Shown here in pieces: positions 25,125-39,600 of a DNA stretch of 64,000 nt. This DNA comes from Lingula anatina. Lineage: Eukaryota; Animalia; Brachiopoda. Positions within the stretch are counted from its first letter, which is position 1, and every line of letters begins with the position of its first letter. The DNA lies in contig CM120642.1 of the NCBI GenBank assembly GCA_051362555.1, positions 9,672,001 to 9,736,000 on the forward strand, read 5' to 3'. The position numbers and the translations under genes were made by a program. Under the pieces are notes generated by a model. That model had not been told where the DNA came from, did no database searches, and saw only the letters and a program-made list of their open reading frames with translations.

Positions 25125-28100
25125 TTAATCTAGCAGTCCATGATCAACACTTCCAAGCAGCAAGAATGGATTCTGTGTTGGTTTTTGAACATTGTCATTG
25201 TCACTCATGCTGTCACTATCTTCGTCATCCCCATCACCTGACATACTAGAACGTTTACAAGCATCTTGCAGTCTTGCTATCTCCTCAGTGTCAGGATGAT
25301 TTCCCCAGTGATCTGTCAATATTAAGAAAAATAAAACATAGAGTGCTTGGACCTGGTAAGAAAATGTAGAGAAAATTGACCCTTATGAAACTACACAAGT
25401 TAAAAGGTGCTTGAATTTTGTGTATGGTTGGTTTAGCATTTTTTACATTAAAAAAAGAGAAAAACCTTCCAGTTACTCACAAGACTATGTAAAGAGCCAA
25501 CCATGAAAAATTGTTGCAATTAAGGGATGCATCCAGTAAAGATACAAAAGAAGCATGAGTAAATTCCCTGTTACTATCTGAATTTTTAGTACTGGTTTCT
25601 TACACAACATGAACTATATGGTTGTTCTATTTGAAACTTTAGGGATTTGGCATTTGGTTTAGTTTAGCTAGATTAATTTAAGGCATTAATTACTCGCTAA
25701 TATACATCTTCAAATGAATCTGCTAATGGGGGTAATATCCTGTTTATACCAGCAATCATAATGACAACCACAATCAATTTCAGCAATAATAAGGATAAAA
25801 CATACTGCTAGGTCCAGATAAACCAACAAGAATCATACTATATTCTATATGAAATCTCCAGGAAAGTTCTCACCCTGTCATTCAATCTAGATAATGGAAA
25901 ATTTAATCTCTTTGTGTTACAGCTTTGTGGGTGCAGGCATGCATACATGTACATACGTATATACAAACAAACACAATGTTTTCTCTCTACAATAGCACTC
26001 CCCCACTCCCAGTCCAGTTCTTACCACTGACCTCTATGTGCTGTGTAGCCTGGTGGACGTAAACACAAACTAAGTCTTCCCTCCAAGGCAAGTCTCAGGA
26101 GATTATTGGCAGCTCTATACACATCATTCCGAGCAGCTTTGGCTGTAAGGAATCCTCTTTTGGCAGCCCAGGCTAGGGTAAATGAAGACACAAAGAAAGA
26201 AGTACAATAATGAAAATAAAATATACAGTCTTTTACAGGTTGTGACCACCAACTAAATTAGGCACTTTTTATTGGAGTTGCACAGCCAGTCTGAGTTAAA
26301 GAGTTTACTGGTAACCATGTAAATTTTAGTCACCTAATTCTAAATTACTAGAAGCTCATTGTGAGAGTCACTGTATGCTTTTTCTAGTTACTAAAATTAT
26401 AAGATGGAAAACACATAAAAGAGGGGAGTTTCCAGGAATATCTGAAATTCTCAGTAATATGGAATCTAATTATCTTATAAAACCTGCTTTCTACAATCAC
26501 CAATCAGAGCATGGTCTTCATCATAAGTTTTGAGAGATTTAATTAACTTTGGAGGCTCAATGATCACACATGAGGAACCCCAGCCCTGAGTAAGAGGAGC
26601 TGTTATAAAGAAGACGTAAACAAGGTTTTACCACTGGCCTTGATACTGTCTACTGAAATATTGGGTGTGTCAGTGTGTCCTCAAGTCAAACTGTTCAAGA
26701 TCTAATATATGTCTAATTTCACCTTATACTACAGTGGTCACCTTACCATCACAAATCTCCCAAGCTGTCCAACGCTGAGTATTCCCCTCATCATCTGAAT
26801 GCTGTATTTTTAATATGTGCGTTAAAGGGATTCTCTCAGCCATATATCCCACAACAGAGTAGGGTTCACGAACTTGAGCAATTGGGTATATTCCCGATAA
26901 AATCTAAAATAAGAAACAAAATTTTCATACTAATGTCTGTAAAGATATGTTTTGTTGGTTGCCACAAATTTGTGTTCACAAACTCTATACGCCTATGGTT
27001 AATAAAACACACCCTTAGACATAATTGTACACCAGGTTAGGTGTATTGTACTATCTGACTGGGGTAAATATGTGAGGCTAAAAATGCGTTTTGCTAGGAC
27101 TCATTTCATCCCTGTCTGATTTGATAAGCTGGTCATAGGGTGTAAATCTAATCCACTGCCATGACTGTAATTGAGAGGAAACATACGGCATTATATTGGC
27201 TCCCCTTGGTGAGCTAATCATAATGGTGATCATAACCATAATAAGACTGCCGGCTAATATTGGTGAAGCAAAGTTTGGTTAATCTACTTCAAAATAGATC
27301 TTTAATTGCAATACATTAAAGCTGGTCAAATAGTCACAAATTATCACCTGAAGAGGTTTTGGCACCAATGAGGGAAATACGAGTCCAGGACAGTCACATA
27401 GTCGTACTGTATCCGTGAGATAAATTGTTTGAAAATGTTTTGTATGACCAGGAGTTCTTGATACACTCACAACCTGTAAAAAATTAATTAAAATGTTTAG
27501 ATTTGGATAACTAATATATAAACAAAAGAGTAGTAACATATCTATGGCATCATTTTCTTCAATTTTATTATTTTGAGTTAATACGTTTTAATCTTATTTA
27601 TATATTCCACTGCACACTATGTGTGAAATATCTTTGTGTAGAAAGTTTTTTTTTAATCCAAATTTTCTTAGCTAACTAAACCCATTTGTCAGTTCCAATT
27701 TTCTAATTTTTTGGGTCACTCTCCATAAAAAAATGAAGACTTGGATTTTAAAATTAGAAATTTAGCATACCAATATGGGCTCACATATTTTTATTTTATT
27801 TACAGTTTTAAATAGGATTTACTCATACCTTGGTGATTTAGGTAAAATTGTTGAAATTAACAGAAATTGCTTTTCCAATATAAAGATGCAAAGATTTCAT
27901 TCAATAAATATTTAAGTACCTTCCTGCCAACCAATGCATTCATCAGTGAGGATTTTCCAACATTTGGGAAACCTGAAAGTAATTTAAGTTTATAACATAA
28001 AACTAGCTGTTTCAGGGGTTCACCCTCACCATTACTACAAGTGCTTATTTTGTAAGTACATGTCAAGGAAAGTAATACACATTCCATTCTAAAAATTATT

Positions 28101-31100
28101 TTTTAAATAGAATCATAAAGTTCAAAAGTAATTTTCAAGTTGCAAAGTTCATACACTTTGAATGAAATGAAATTGTTAAACTAGAGTTTGTATCTTTTGA
28201 TAAAACCATACATGAGTTTTAGGCCAAACTCTCCTTCTTACCAGTGACCTTGACCTGAGGTAGGAAAGTATTTTACCTAAACATCCTATAGTCAGCACCC
28301 CATCTTTGTATCTCTCGTGTTCCTGGTAGGACAAGTCTAAACTTTCCTGGCTAGCTGAGGCCACAGTGTCCTCCTGGTCACTATCACTTTCCACCTCATG
28401 CCTATCAAAATGACCACTGTCCACCTTTCTTCTCCAACTTGACAAGTCCACTGAAATTATTTTGAATAGTAAATTTGACATTATATTGAGAATTACTCTC
28501 TCCAGGACACTTTTTCTTCCCTTCCAAGTTGAGAAAAGGGGGAATAAAGAGTGTAAAAAGGCGCTTGAAAGAGGAAAAATTCTTCTGCAAACTAGCCTCT
28601 AGGATAAACACAGCTCCAAGAAATGTATATATCAGTCTTTAAAATCATATATAACTGAAATATCAATAAGAAACAATGGCTGTATGGAAAAGATGCTTAA
28701 ATATTAAGCTAAACATTTTAACAAGTTGAACATTATTCCAAAATCTAAGATATAATTTCCCACACAATTCTAAAGATACAAAAGTACCTCTAAAAATAAA
28801 AATTTATACCTGATGGACTGTGATGCTAAAAAATTAACTTGATGCCCAATTTTATTTTCTAGCTGGTTTATGTGACTGTTGAGATCCTGAATCAAGTGAA
28901 CCACTTTCTTTGCTTACCTTTATCTTTGACAATGCTTTCACACACATCCAGTAACTGTTGGGGTCCCACTGCAGTATCTACCCTCTTTTGTCGCTTTCTC
29001 TGTAATACTGTACAAAAAATAACCATCATGATGTTTACTTGATAAAACTAAATTTCAGTGACATGTTATTTAATTTCTGGGCCGGGTAACTTGAAAGCAT
29101 TGCGTATTGCGAATAGCGATATCACATGGCGGCTACAATGTATTATATGGGGCGAGTATGCGTGAGTTATGGAATCGAGATGCTTGCGCTCGGTCACAAT
29201 GCGCAATGCTTTCGAGTTACGGGGCTGGGTATTTATTGAGAAAAAAATGCTCATTTACCAGTACAGAGAGCAGATTAAGGAGACCAAGACAGAACAGATC
29301 ACTCTTTAAAGGACAGAAGAAAAAAGGAAAGGAATTAACAAAGGTAGAAAAAGGAAGGCCTCGCATTTTCAACACACCAAATGATAGTAACCTTTTCCAG
29401 ACAGACTGCTTCTTTCCATGGCATCTTTAGGCTTAGAGGTGAACAGCACAATGCTAAGTTCTGGAAACTTCCCCTGTAGGTACTCTCTCCAAGCCACAAC
29501 CAGTGAGGGAGGTGCCAGATCTATCTTATTCAGCACCACAATAACATGTTTTCCCAGTTGCCTGGTGACATGGTCATAAAGTGCTGGGGAAAAGTGAAGA
29601 ACCTGGAATGATGAAGTGCTTTTATTACTTCAGACTTACTATTACTATAAATATAGGTAAAAGATATGTGTTGCTAAGGTTGTTTAGCCTCCCCCAACCC
29701 CCATTTTTAAATATATCAGTGATAAACACAAGAAACAGGGGAGCCTAGAGAAATCACCCCCTTTTATTTTTCTCCCTCAAATTTGCTTCCTCACCACATC
29801 CAAGCAACTGATAGGTTTCTGGTGATACATTAATATTGTCTTTTATTTCCGTATGTACACATAAAACCTTAATAGCATATGTCTTCTGTATTTGTACAGA
29901 TTGTTATGTAATTTAGGTCAGAGGCCTATAACTACAACAAATAAACTCATCATCAACTACTAGGGTGAAAATGAAAAATCTGTAATGGTCAAAATATTGA
30001 GAGTTTCATACAAGCTAGGTTAAATTATCATCCCAAAGGCACAGTTTTTGTTATCATATTCAGGCCTACCCAACTACCAGACTCGGTACCTAAGGATCCT
30101 GAATTAACCGGTATATTGGACCACACTACCTGTTTTCAAGGTGTGTGTCAGATCGCATTTCAGAGTATCAGCCAGAACACCGACAGGATGAGCCCTGGCA
30201 TGCTCGGCTGTCACCTTGATTGGATAGTAAACGATTGTCGTAAAATCGCTATATGATTTTAAACCGGGTGCATAAATTTGAAAGCCACCTAGATGAACCT
30301 TTGACTGCCACATTAATCTAATACAATGCAAAAAAGCCCTATCAAAAGTGGTTAAAACATTCAAACCGAATGTCGTAAAGTCCCCATATATCCCCATAGA
30401 GACAATAAAATAGAGTACTCTAAAGTAAGAGTACAGTTTAAGGTTGTTCAGCCGAGCATGGATGAGCCCGCAGTCGTGCTACAAAATTTGTTCTGGGGTA
30501 TGATACTCCGAAATGCGATCTGACACACACCTTGAAAACGGGTAGCGTGGTCTGATATACCGGTTAATTCACGATCCTTAGGTGCCGAGTCTGGTAGTTG
30601 GGTAGGCCTGATATTCTCAGGGTAAAACTTCTACTGCAAAATAATGCCATCAGACAGGTGAAAAGATATATATGTATTCTTTTCTTCAATTACTAATAAA
30701 ATGTAGAGACTCACATATTCCCCTTCATCAAATACTGAATAACTTACTGGAAAGCGAATATCAACAATCAACAGCAAGATCTCAGACATCTCCAACACTC
30801 TCCACAGTTGCCTCCATGTCTCCAGGTTCAACTCGAAATAACTCAACTTTTCCACTTCATGTTGTTCAAAGATGTTCTCTAAATATTGCTGAAGGTGAAA
30901 TATTCCAGTAATAAATTCATCAAGGTGGTATTATAACAAGTGGTATTTATCAGTATCTAATAAATAAATAAAAGTGGATGATAATTTTGAAACATTTGTG
31001 TACAGTATATGACTATACCTTTTTTTAACCTGTCAATATCTATGTTTTTAAACTGCCACACAATATGTTTTATTCAAATTGCAGTACCTGAAAATATTCT

Positions 31101-32824
31101 TCTTCATTATGCTCCAGCTCTTCCTTACTAAGTGTGTAGTTCCAGGGAGGTCTCTTGGGGATGTCAAGCACTGTACCAGGCTGGAACACCTCGTCAAAAG
31201 CAATTTCTAAAGATTCCTGAAAAATGAAATCATGATTTAGAGAGATGTAAAGAAATGCTTTATGGAAATATTTAGCTGACTGCATATTTTAAGCAAATAG
31301 CAGCCATATTCAATAGTACTACGAAAAAAAAAAAAAGTGAGGGCTTTTTATAACTTGCATATAATCTTCATGCTCAGAAATATTTTCTAAATTCCACAAT
31401 GACAATTCTAACAATCCTTCACTTGGTTAAAAAGAGAGTTCAATGTTACATAAGTCACTTTCTACAAAAATCATTGCTTTTTCATCATTGTGCAAAAAGC
31501 AGCTAAAACAAATGAGTGAAAGGATCACATAGTAACTCTACCCACCTCAGGCAGCATATTAACATAAGTTGACATAGCTTCCCGTTTTCTTCTCTGAATT
31601 TCATCATTGGATTCTTTCAGAAAATGAAGCTTGTACCTGCAGAGAGACTTTATCTTGAAAGTTGCAATGTAGATACTTACCCAAGCCAGTGTATTTTCAG
31701 CTTTTATCAAACAGTTGAATAATGTGTTAAATAATTATAGTCTCACACATGGAGATTCTGTGTCATTATGTCTTAATGTGAGTGGCCCAACCCAATATAT
31801 AAAACAAAGTAATAAAATAAATTGGAAAAAATTAATAATTGTTATCAGCTTCATACAAGTGATTTACCAACAGACAATGATTCTGAGAAACCATCTGCTC
31901 TTCACCTGCTGCAAAAGTGAATGACAATGGCACTTTCTTTTCTACTAAGTTATCTTTTTCTTGGATGGTGAGAAAAGCTAAGATTTTCAACTTTTGACAA
32001 CAATAGCTCTATATTGCAGATTTATAGCATTATTACTGTATCTGATACCTGTTATGGTCACTTTTCTTGTCTACTGCCTGCGTTGCTGCAGTCGGTTGTT
32101 CATTCAGCTTTTCCACCTTCACCTTTTCCACTTCTGATTTATCAACAGATGGTTCATCTTCAGCCGACTGATCAGAACTTGCAGAAGCACTTTCTTTCCT
32201 AGCTGTGAGAGCATTTTCACATCGAAAAAATATATACTTCATATGACAGCTAAATCAGTAAGTAGTGAAACATGATAGATGTATCATCATAGGTGGCAGA
32301 AATGAATGAAAACTACCAGAAACAGCAGAATCATGCTGAAAGTACCATGTTACCTGTAATCTCTCAAAATCTGAGTAATCCCTACATGTGTACATTAACA
32401 TGTTTCTGAGAAAGTCATTATTAAAACCACTAAGCCTTAAACTCTGTGGTGAGAATTTAGTTGTATCTCCACTAAACACAACTCAGTCATATAATAATTC
32501 TTTTTTTACTGTAGCTAAGTTCAGTGATACTGATAGAAACATTATCATATTAACAAAAAATAGTGTATAATGTGTGTTATGAATGTGATCATTCATGGTT
32601 CCAAGATACTGCACCAACCAAAGATTTCAGTGATGTTAATCACTTTCTTTGGAATAAAAACTGCATGCTACACATCTACAGCAATATGTATTATGCAACT
32701 CAAAGAAAAGTTTATGATTCTGTACGTAATCATTCTATTCAAAAGAGTAACCTTTTAATCGCAATCTCTTCTCCTGAAGCTGTTTCTTTTTAAGCTTCCC
32801 ACTGAAAGGCTTCCTTCTTGGCAT
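25125..32824 (-). CDS. GNL1: Guanine nucleotide-binding protein-like 1 (circularly permuted HSR1/YlqF-family GTPase), about 13 exons
   Basis: Starts MPRRKPFSGKLKKKQLQEKR. Then KRPPWNY, LSYFELNLETWRQLWRVLEMS, G4 NKID before G1 GFPNVGKSS, G2 SRTPGHTKHFQT, G3 DCPGL, GFLTAKAARNDVYRAAN and an acidic tail. Confidence 0.95.
29077..29228. mobile_element. Intronic MITE (about 35-bp TIRs)
   Basis: ctgggccgggtaacttgaaagcattgcgtattgcga pairs with tcacaatgcgcaatgctttcgagttacggggctgg; it is CpG-rich within a CpG-poor intron. Confidence 0.75.
30061..30610. mobile_element. MITE, AGGCCTACCCAACTACCAG family (copy 2), 5-bp TSD ATATT
   Basis: caggcctacccaactaccagactcgg...ccgagtctggtagttgggtaggcctg, flanked by atatt at 30056-30060 and 30611-30615; TIRs are about 100 bp. 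Confidence 0.9.
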
Positions 32825-33249
32825 AGTGATAAATATACTGAAAAAAAGAATGTAAGCAATAAAACTCCTGGATGTACCTTCACAGGCTGTTTTAGGCAAA
32901 ATGAACTTCAAAGTTTTGTACATATTGATCAAGGTGCCAATGGTATATAACTGATTAACTATATACATTGTACTGTACTCAGAGGTACTTCGGTCACAGC
33001 TGCAAAATCATTTAATCCACTGACCATAACATAAGATGTGCAATGCATCAAATCATTGTAACAGATCTACATACTATTACATATGTCCTGCCCGATTTAT
33101 TAGAAGTGATTGGTACATGTTGCCCAAACATATGTGTACATTAATCTATTGACAACTCAACAATGTTTAATCACAAAATCTTCGCCCCTGTGAATCTATA
33201 AATACATATCTAACCATATGATCACATGTAATTTTGAAGCAAAAACTAG

Positions 33250-33644
33250 CTTCTTCACACACCTTGCTGAAGATTAGTTTTCACCTCTGTTTTTCCATGA
33301 AGGAAAACAAATTCCGATATCAATTTCTAGTCTCTGTGAAGTCATGGTGCAATCTCTAGGGCGCAGCCATATTTATGATCTCGCACTAAATATCAAGTAG
33401 CATTAATAACATGATTTATATTAATTTATAAAGATGAAATACATGTATTAAAATTATTTAAAAAACCCAAATTAATAACATTTATTTTTTAAATAAGAAA
33501 CTTAAGCCTTTTTGGCAATATAATTCTCCTCAGCGATTCAGTACGGAGCTGCAATCCGCAAGATGCTTTCAGAAATTAGGTCGGTTGTTTTCTCCTGGTA
33601 AATACGATGAGTCACTTTTGACACTTGGAAGATGGTAGACGAGA
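33250..33644. promoter_or_regulatory. Probable bidirectional promoter between GNL1 and ATAT1
   Basis: Head-to-head start codons at 32824 and 33645, with a local CpG-retaining patch amid CpG-depleted flanks. Confidence 0.6.
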
Positions 33645-36600
33645 ATGGAATTTCCATTCAACATCAATCAGCTGTTAGGAGATGAAATAACATTACTTCA
33701 TGGCCGAATAAAACCTCACAATAAGATACGAGACAGGTAAACTTGAAACACGACAGATTGTTACCAAGCTGTTGAATTGAATTGTTACTTGATGTTTAGA
33801 AATTAGATAATTTACCACCATTGTATAATTATGTCTTTTCGTCCGTTGCATACTGCCATTGAGAATTTATTTAAATCAACATTTTACAGGCCAAATGTCA
33901 TTATGATGAATTATTGATTACAGTGGTAAGAACCACTTCATTTGTTATACTTAATTGCTCTTTATGTTGCCTGACATGGACTTAATGTGCTACCTCTTGA
34001 AAAAATGTCAATATTTAGATAACTGCAAAAAGGCATACAGCCATCAAATTGGTTGTTAATAAACTATGGGCTCACAAATCTTATAATAACCTTTCACCTA
34101 CTGTATATTCAGTGAATCACTGCTGAAAGTTGCAAATGCCCTTTTCACATTGTATTATGCTTATAATTATACTTCTATGTATATGTACTTACATATATCT
34201 GAAGTGCAGCATTGTGAGAGATTGACAATTAAAGGATCTGGCTACTATGAAAAAGAAACATCAAGTCTTAACCTTGGGAACTTGTGAAAGAGAGTTTAAC
34301 TCTCCACTGCATAAATACATGCTTGACTAATCAAAATGTTGTGATACAGATACATCATTTTACTCTAAAATGTGAAAAAAAAAGGCTTGCCAAGGCAAGA
34401 TTTTTCATGCTAGGATGCTATTGGGTGATTATTTGGACTGTCGAGTATCATAAGTCAAACCTTACCTCACAGTTGATAGGTGTGCCATGATGTTTTCTAT
34501 TTATTGGGTCTGTATACTCAAATAGTGAATTAATTTATTTATATTTTTACAGCTACCACCAGTACAGGGATCAACTATGCAAAGTGATAGACAAACTTGG
34601 TATAGCTTCAGCAAAGGTAAGGCTGCATGACAGAAGACATTGAGTGATTTTAATTTCTTGAATACATGTAACATCAAAAAAAAAATCCACAATATTTTTA
34701 TTACAAATTTTTTTACATTTACCTTTCAAAAAGCTTGTTATAACTTAAGTGCCTTATTATTATTAATCTTTTGCCTGTGCAGTAGATTGCAAACAAATCC
34801 TGAGCTCCAAATGTCTATTTTCGTTGATTAATTTTACAAAATAGGCCAAGAGAGTCAGGGTGGGTTGCATTGGCCACAATTTCTGCAGATTTCAAACACT
34901 TTGAGAATGTTATTGTGATAACATATTTAACATGTAGAATGCACATTTAGAATAATAACAGGTATTAATACATCAAATATTGTTTTTCAGGCGCAGGGCC
35001 TTCATGGTGCCATCACCTCATCAAGCAAGTTGGAATTCTCGGATCACAACCTTTATGTGATGAAGGATGCAGAGGGAACAGAGTAAGATTGGGTTCCCAT
35101 GCCTAGATCCATCTGGATTGGTCTCTCTCCCTGGGGAGTCTCACTAAATTGCTATCAACTTAACCGGCTTAAATGTCTGTCAAGCCTACTGAATCAGCTA
35201 GGGTAAAGATAATTACCCCCTAACAGTTTTACTAGGTGTGACAGACATTTAAGCTGGTTAAATTGATAGCAATTTAGTAGACTCCCCAGGGAAATAGATC
35301 AATCCAAATATCTGTGGGAATGGTCCCTAAGTGTTAGAGGATATCCAGCATTGGGTTAACTGTTTTTAGAACAGGTTTGAATGGAATATAAAAATGCCAA
35401 GGTCTTAGGGGAAGCATATTGTATCCTTTTTTTGGTCCCTTTATTATTATTTGTTTTGCTTAATACATCCCTTGATTGTCATTTATATATCCCTTGTTTG
35501 CATTTTACTTTTCAATTGGTTATCCCTGCTCATCTTTTATTTATTTCTCATGTAAACCCTTGTTTTTATTTTGTTTATTTTAAGTAGCTTGTAACCTGTT
35601 ATTATAAAGCAGAGCTGTCAGCATTAGTCACATACTGTAGGCCATATTGCCCTAATTAAATTTTAACATTTACTGTTATGTCTCAGTCTGACAATCATTA
35701 TTTGGATGGGATGTCTTTCATCGTACAGTTCATTTTATTGGACACTGATAGCTGTTGCATATTAGAAATATGTGTCAGTTATTTAACTGCCTTCATTTTA
35801 AGATTCTGAAATGACTTTTAAATTGTTTTTCATCTTACTTTAGGGGCAAAGGAAGTGCAGTGGGATTCATCAAAGTAGGATATAAAAAGCTATTTGTTTA
35901 TGATTCCCATCACAACCAACATGAGATGGCGCCACTTTGTGTGCTGGATTTTTATGTCCATGAGTCGCGGCAAAGGATGGGCTGTGGGAAGAAATTGTTT
36001 GAACATATGTTAAAGGTAGCTACAATTTGGCCAGTCAGTTTGTATTTTTCATTAGCAATTGACAAGAGACACACATCTGTAGCAGAACAAGTCGGGGGGT
36101 TTTATAAGGGATCATAAGTCCTTAAATGGACGAGCATATCAAAATAATGAAATCTTGTCTATCTAGGTGCATGTAGTAGCCATCAACTGATACTGATTAC
36201 AATAAACTTATTGGTAACATGATTTTTATGGACATTACATGATGGCGCAATACACCACACCAGTCATCATTTTATAATATCTTTTGTTATGATTCTGTTT
36301 TTGAAAAAAGGAAAAAAAAAAAAACGATGTGATCATTGTAAAATTGAACCAGGGTCAGTAATTTTTGGAAAATTTGTTCATTCATTTCTGTATTCTACTT
36401 AAAGCCAGTACATTGTTAGATCTTGCTGTCCTGAAGGAACAGTGGGCTAAAAAAATCTCATTTTAAATTATAACCAAATGACTCATTTATTTTTATGAAA
36501 TCATTGATGGACTTAATTGCATGCTTGGAAATTTTTTTAACCGAAGTCATTCTTTGTATATATTTAGCCAAATCCATGCCAGTAAAGCCAGATTGATGTA

Positions 36601-39600
36601 GACAATATGATTCTGCATAGATTGATCTAGATCCTGTAATTCCACTATATGTATGATGATATATTATTCTTCATTAAGGCTGAGCATATTAAGCCCCAGC
36701 ATCTAGCCATTGACAGACCATCACACAAGTTCCAGTCATTCCTTCACAAACATTATAACATGAAAGCAGAAATTCCTCAGGTCAACAACTTTATGGTCTT
36801 TGAGGGCTTTTTCAGGGACAGACCTCCAGGTAAATAATGAAATTAATTGTAAAAAATCTTCATTGTGTGTGTTTTTCTATATTTTCAAATTGTTGTTACT
36901 ATGTGAGGCCATTTCACTGTTTCGAAAGCTGATTTTTTAAATTGTTAAAACTGTCCTATGATTGTTGTTATAAATGTAATTGTATATTTCATATATGCCA
37001 GCTGTCTTATTTTAACTGAAGGACACAGTAACTGGTTGTCAAAGAATCCATTTGTCTTTGATTATCTGTCTTAGTTCCATTTCTTAAACAGTATTTAAGT
37101 AAAATGATAAAACTATTGAAGTTGCATTGGAGAGATTGTTGTGGTTGGCACTTTTTGGATAAAAATGAGTGTTCTCCAGATTTTTTTTTCTTGTTCTAGA
37201 ACCTGAAAGGAAGAGAGATTTTCATGGCAGACCACCTTTACATCCATATAGCAGAAGTAGAAGTGGAAAAAACAGGGGTATGAGAGAAATATAATGTAGA
37301 AGAAAATGTTTTTAATGTTCTTTTTAACTGAGTTTTATAATTTGTAGATGCAGAACAACAAACAACACATATAATCTTAATACATGACATTGTGAAGAAT
37401 ACATGTAAGAGTTATAAAATTTAAAACAAGCACACATACAACTATGTTTGAGGTTCATCAACCATAATTGCTTGAAAATAAAAGAAGACGACCATGAGGC
37501 TTGCATCAACATTTTTGTCAAATCACCTGGGCATGTGCGAGCACCATGTTGGCCACAAGCTAATGCTTGGAAGAAAATGTTCAGCTTGTGTTAAATAATT
37601 ATCATCTATGATCCAACTACAAAGCTAATGAATATTTTTGCTCAAGTCTTATATTGTCTTTTATCTCCAGGTCATTTGTACGAAGAACAGAGCTCACACT
37701 CCGCCCCTGCTGCAACCACCTCAGGGAGACAGTCATCACTTTCTAACAGCAATGTACCACTTACTCCATTAGAGAAAGAGGTATGGTAATTACTCAATAA
37801 GTTAAAACAATATTTATTTAACTCACCTCAAGGAGACAGTCGTCACTTTCTAATAGCAGTTTACCACTGACTCCATTAGAGAAAGAGGTACGGTTATAAT
37901 TGTATAATTAAAAACACAGTGGATTCATAAATCACCCATGGCAGGGAGACAGTCATCACTTTTGAACAGCAATGTACCACTTACTCCATTAGTGAAAGAG
38001 GTCAGTAATTTCTCACTAATGTTAAAGAGCATGAATTATTAATCCCTCCCCCCCCTCAAAAATGTTTTGTAACTTTTAATTTTCCACAAATCTGATTGTA
38101 TTTACCTTTCTGACCTATTTTCATGTGCAGAGAGATCTTTTGAAAGATATCTTGGTTCCTAGATCTGGTTCACGGGAGCAGTTAGCCCAGTATGGCAGCC
38201 AACCCAATCTTACCAGGAGCAAGTAGGTCATATTAATGTTTAAAAAAATTTTTGCAGTAATAATTATTAATAAGAGAGATTTAACTCCTTTTTTGCCCAT
38301 TCCCTTTTTCATATGTATCTTGGTTTAGATTTGATTATCTTCCTTGTGTTAAGCTCTGATTAAGGTTCACACTGAAGTGAAAATAATTAGTTTACTAAAT
38401 TATAAAGAAATATTTTGATATAGCCTTAACTACAAGAATTCAGCTGCTTATGATGATTGTGTATATCTACTCTGCCTCATAGTTTCTGTTGAATGTTGTA
38501 AATCCTTTATCTGCCTCATTTCTTAAAAAATACTTTTTTTTTGTTTGCTCAATGTGTTTTTCTTTCAATTGAGTGTTTTGAATTATTAATTGTATGCAAG
38601 TGTAAACCTATATTTACTTTTAAGAATCAGTAAAAAAGTGAAAATTGGGCATCTATTTATACACAAATAAATTACATATGTTGGGCTTCATTTATTTCCA
38701 AGAACTTGCACAATAATCATGATATAAAGAGATCAAACTTATACACTTTAGTATAAATTTTTTAAAGCTAGTTAAAAACAAACATAGATTCATGCGTGTG
38801 TATGTGTAAATTGTTCAAAACCCAATTTTAAACCCTTCCAAGCCTTTAGTTGTAATGTTGTTGTTGTTCCAGTTCTCTGACTTTAGAGCTGGATAATCTG
38901 TCTCTCAGTGCCACACATGCAATGGGTGCTCAGGCCAGTAGATATAGCAGGTACACTAATGATGGCACACCTACCAGAGAGGAGAGGAGGTAAATGTCTC
39001 TACCCAATACTAAAAGGCATATAATATGTAGCAAGGCTTTGTATAGCTAATAGAAAAAAATATGTCATCAAGGTGTCCTATCCAAAACTGTTGAGAATAT
39101 TAAGATTTGTAGTTTAAGCTTGTAACCAAGCTGTTGATTTTTAAGTTTTATTGTACACTACAAAGATTTTTACACACAATGGGTGGCAGTGAGGAAAGGA
39201 GGTATGTGTATTTGTTGTCATTTCACACTGTAAACTGATTTGAGACCCATCTTTTGCTGTTGTTGTGCATAGAATCATGTTAGATAGTTTGTGAAAAGCA
39301 TTGAAGAATTTTTCAGGTTGTCTTTGGGCACATTGATGATAAAATTGATAAATCTTTGCTATTTTTAAAAATCACTATGAAATTAAAAAATATGTTCAAG
39401 ATTTATTTTGGGGCTGTTTTCAAATGAATTCTATTCATTTTTTACAACAAAAGAGCTACTCCTGTAAAGAATCAGCAGCAGACAATGTTACAACAAGGGC
39501 AAGGTCATGGCAGTGTGCCAGGATTAGGGTCTCTCACAGGTTTAGGTCAAGGTCCTGGGCCAGGTCAAAGTTCAGGAGCCAGAGTGACACCTGTAGAAAA

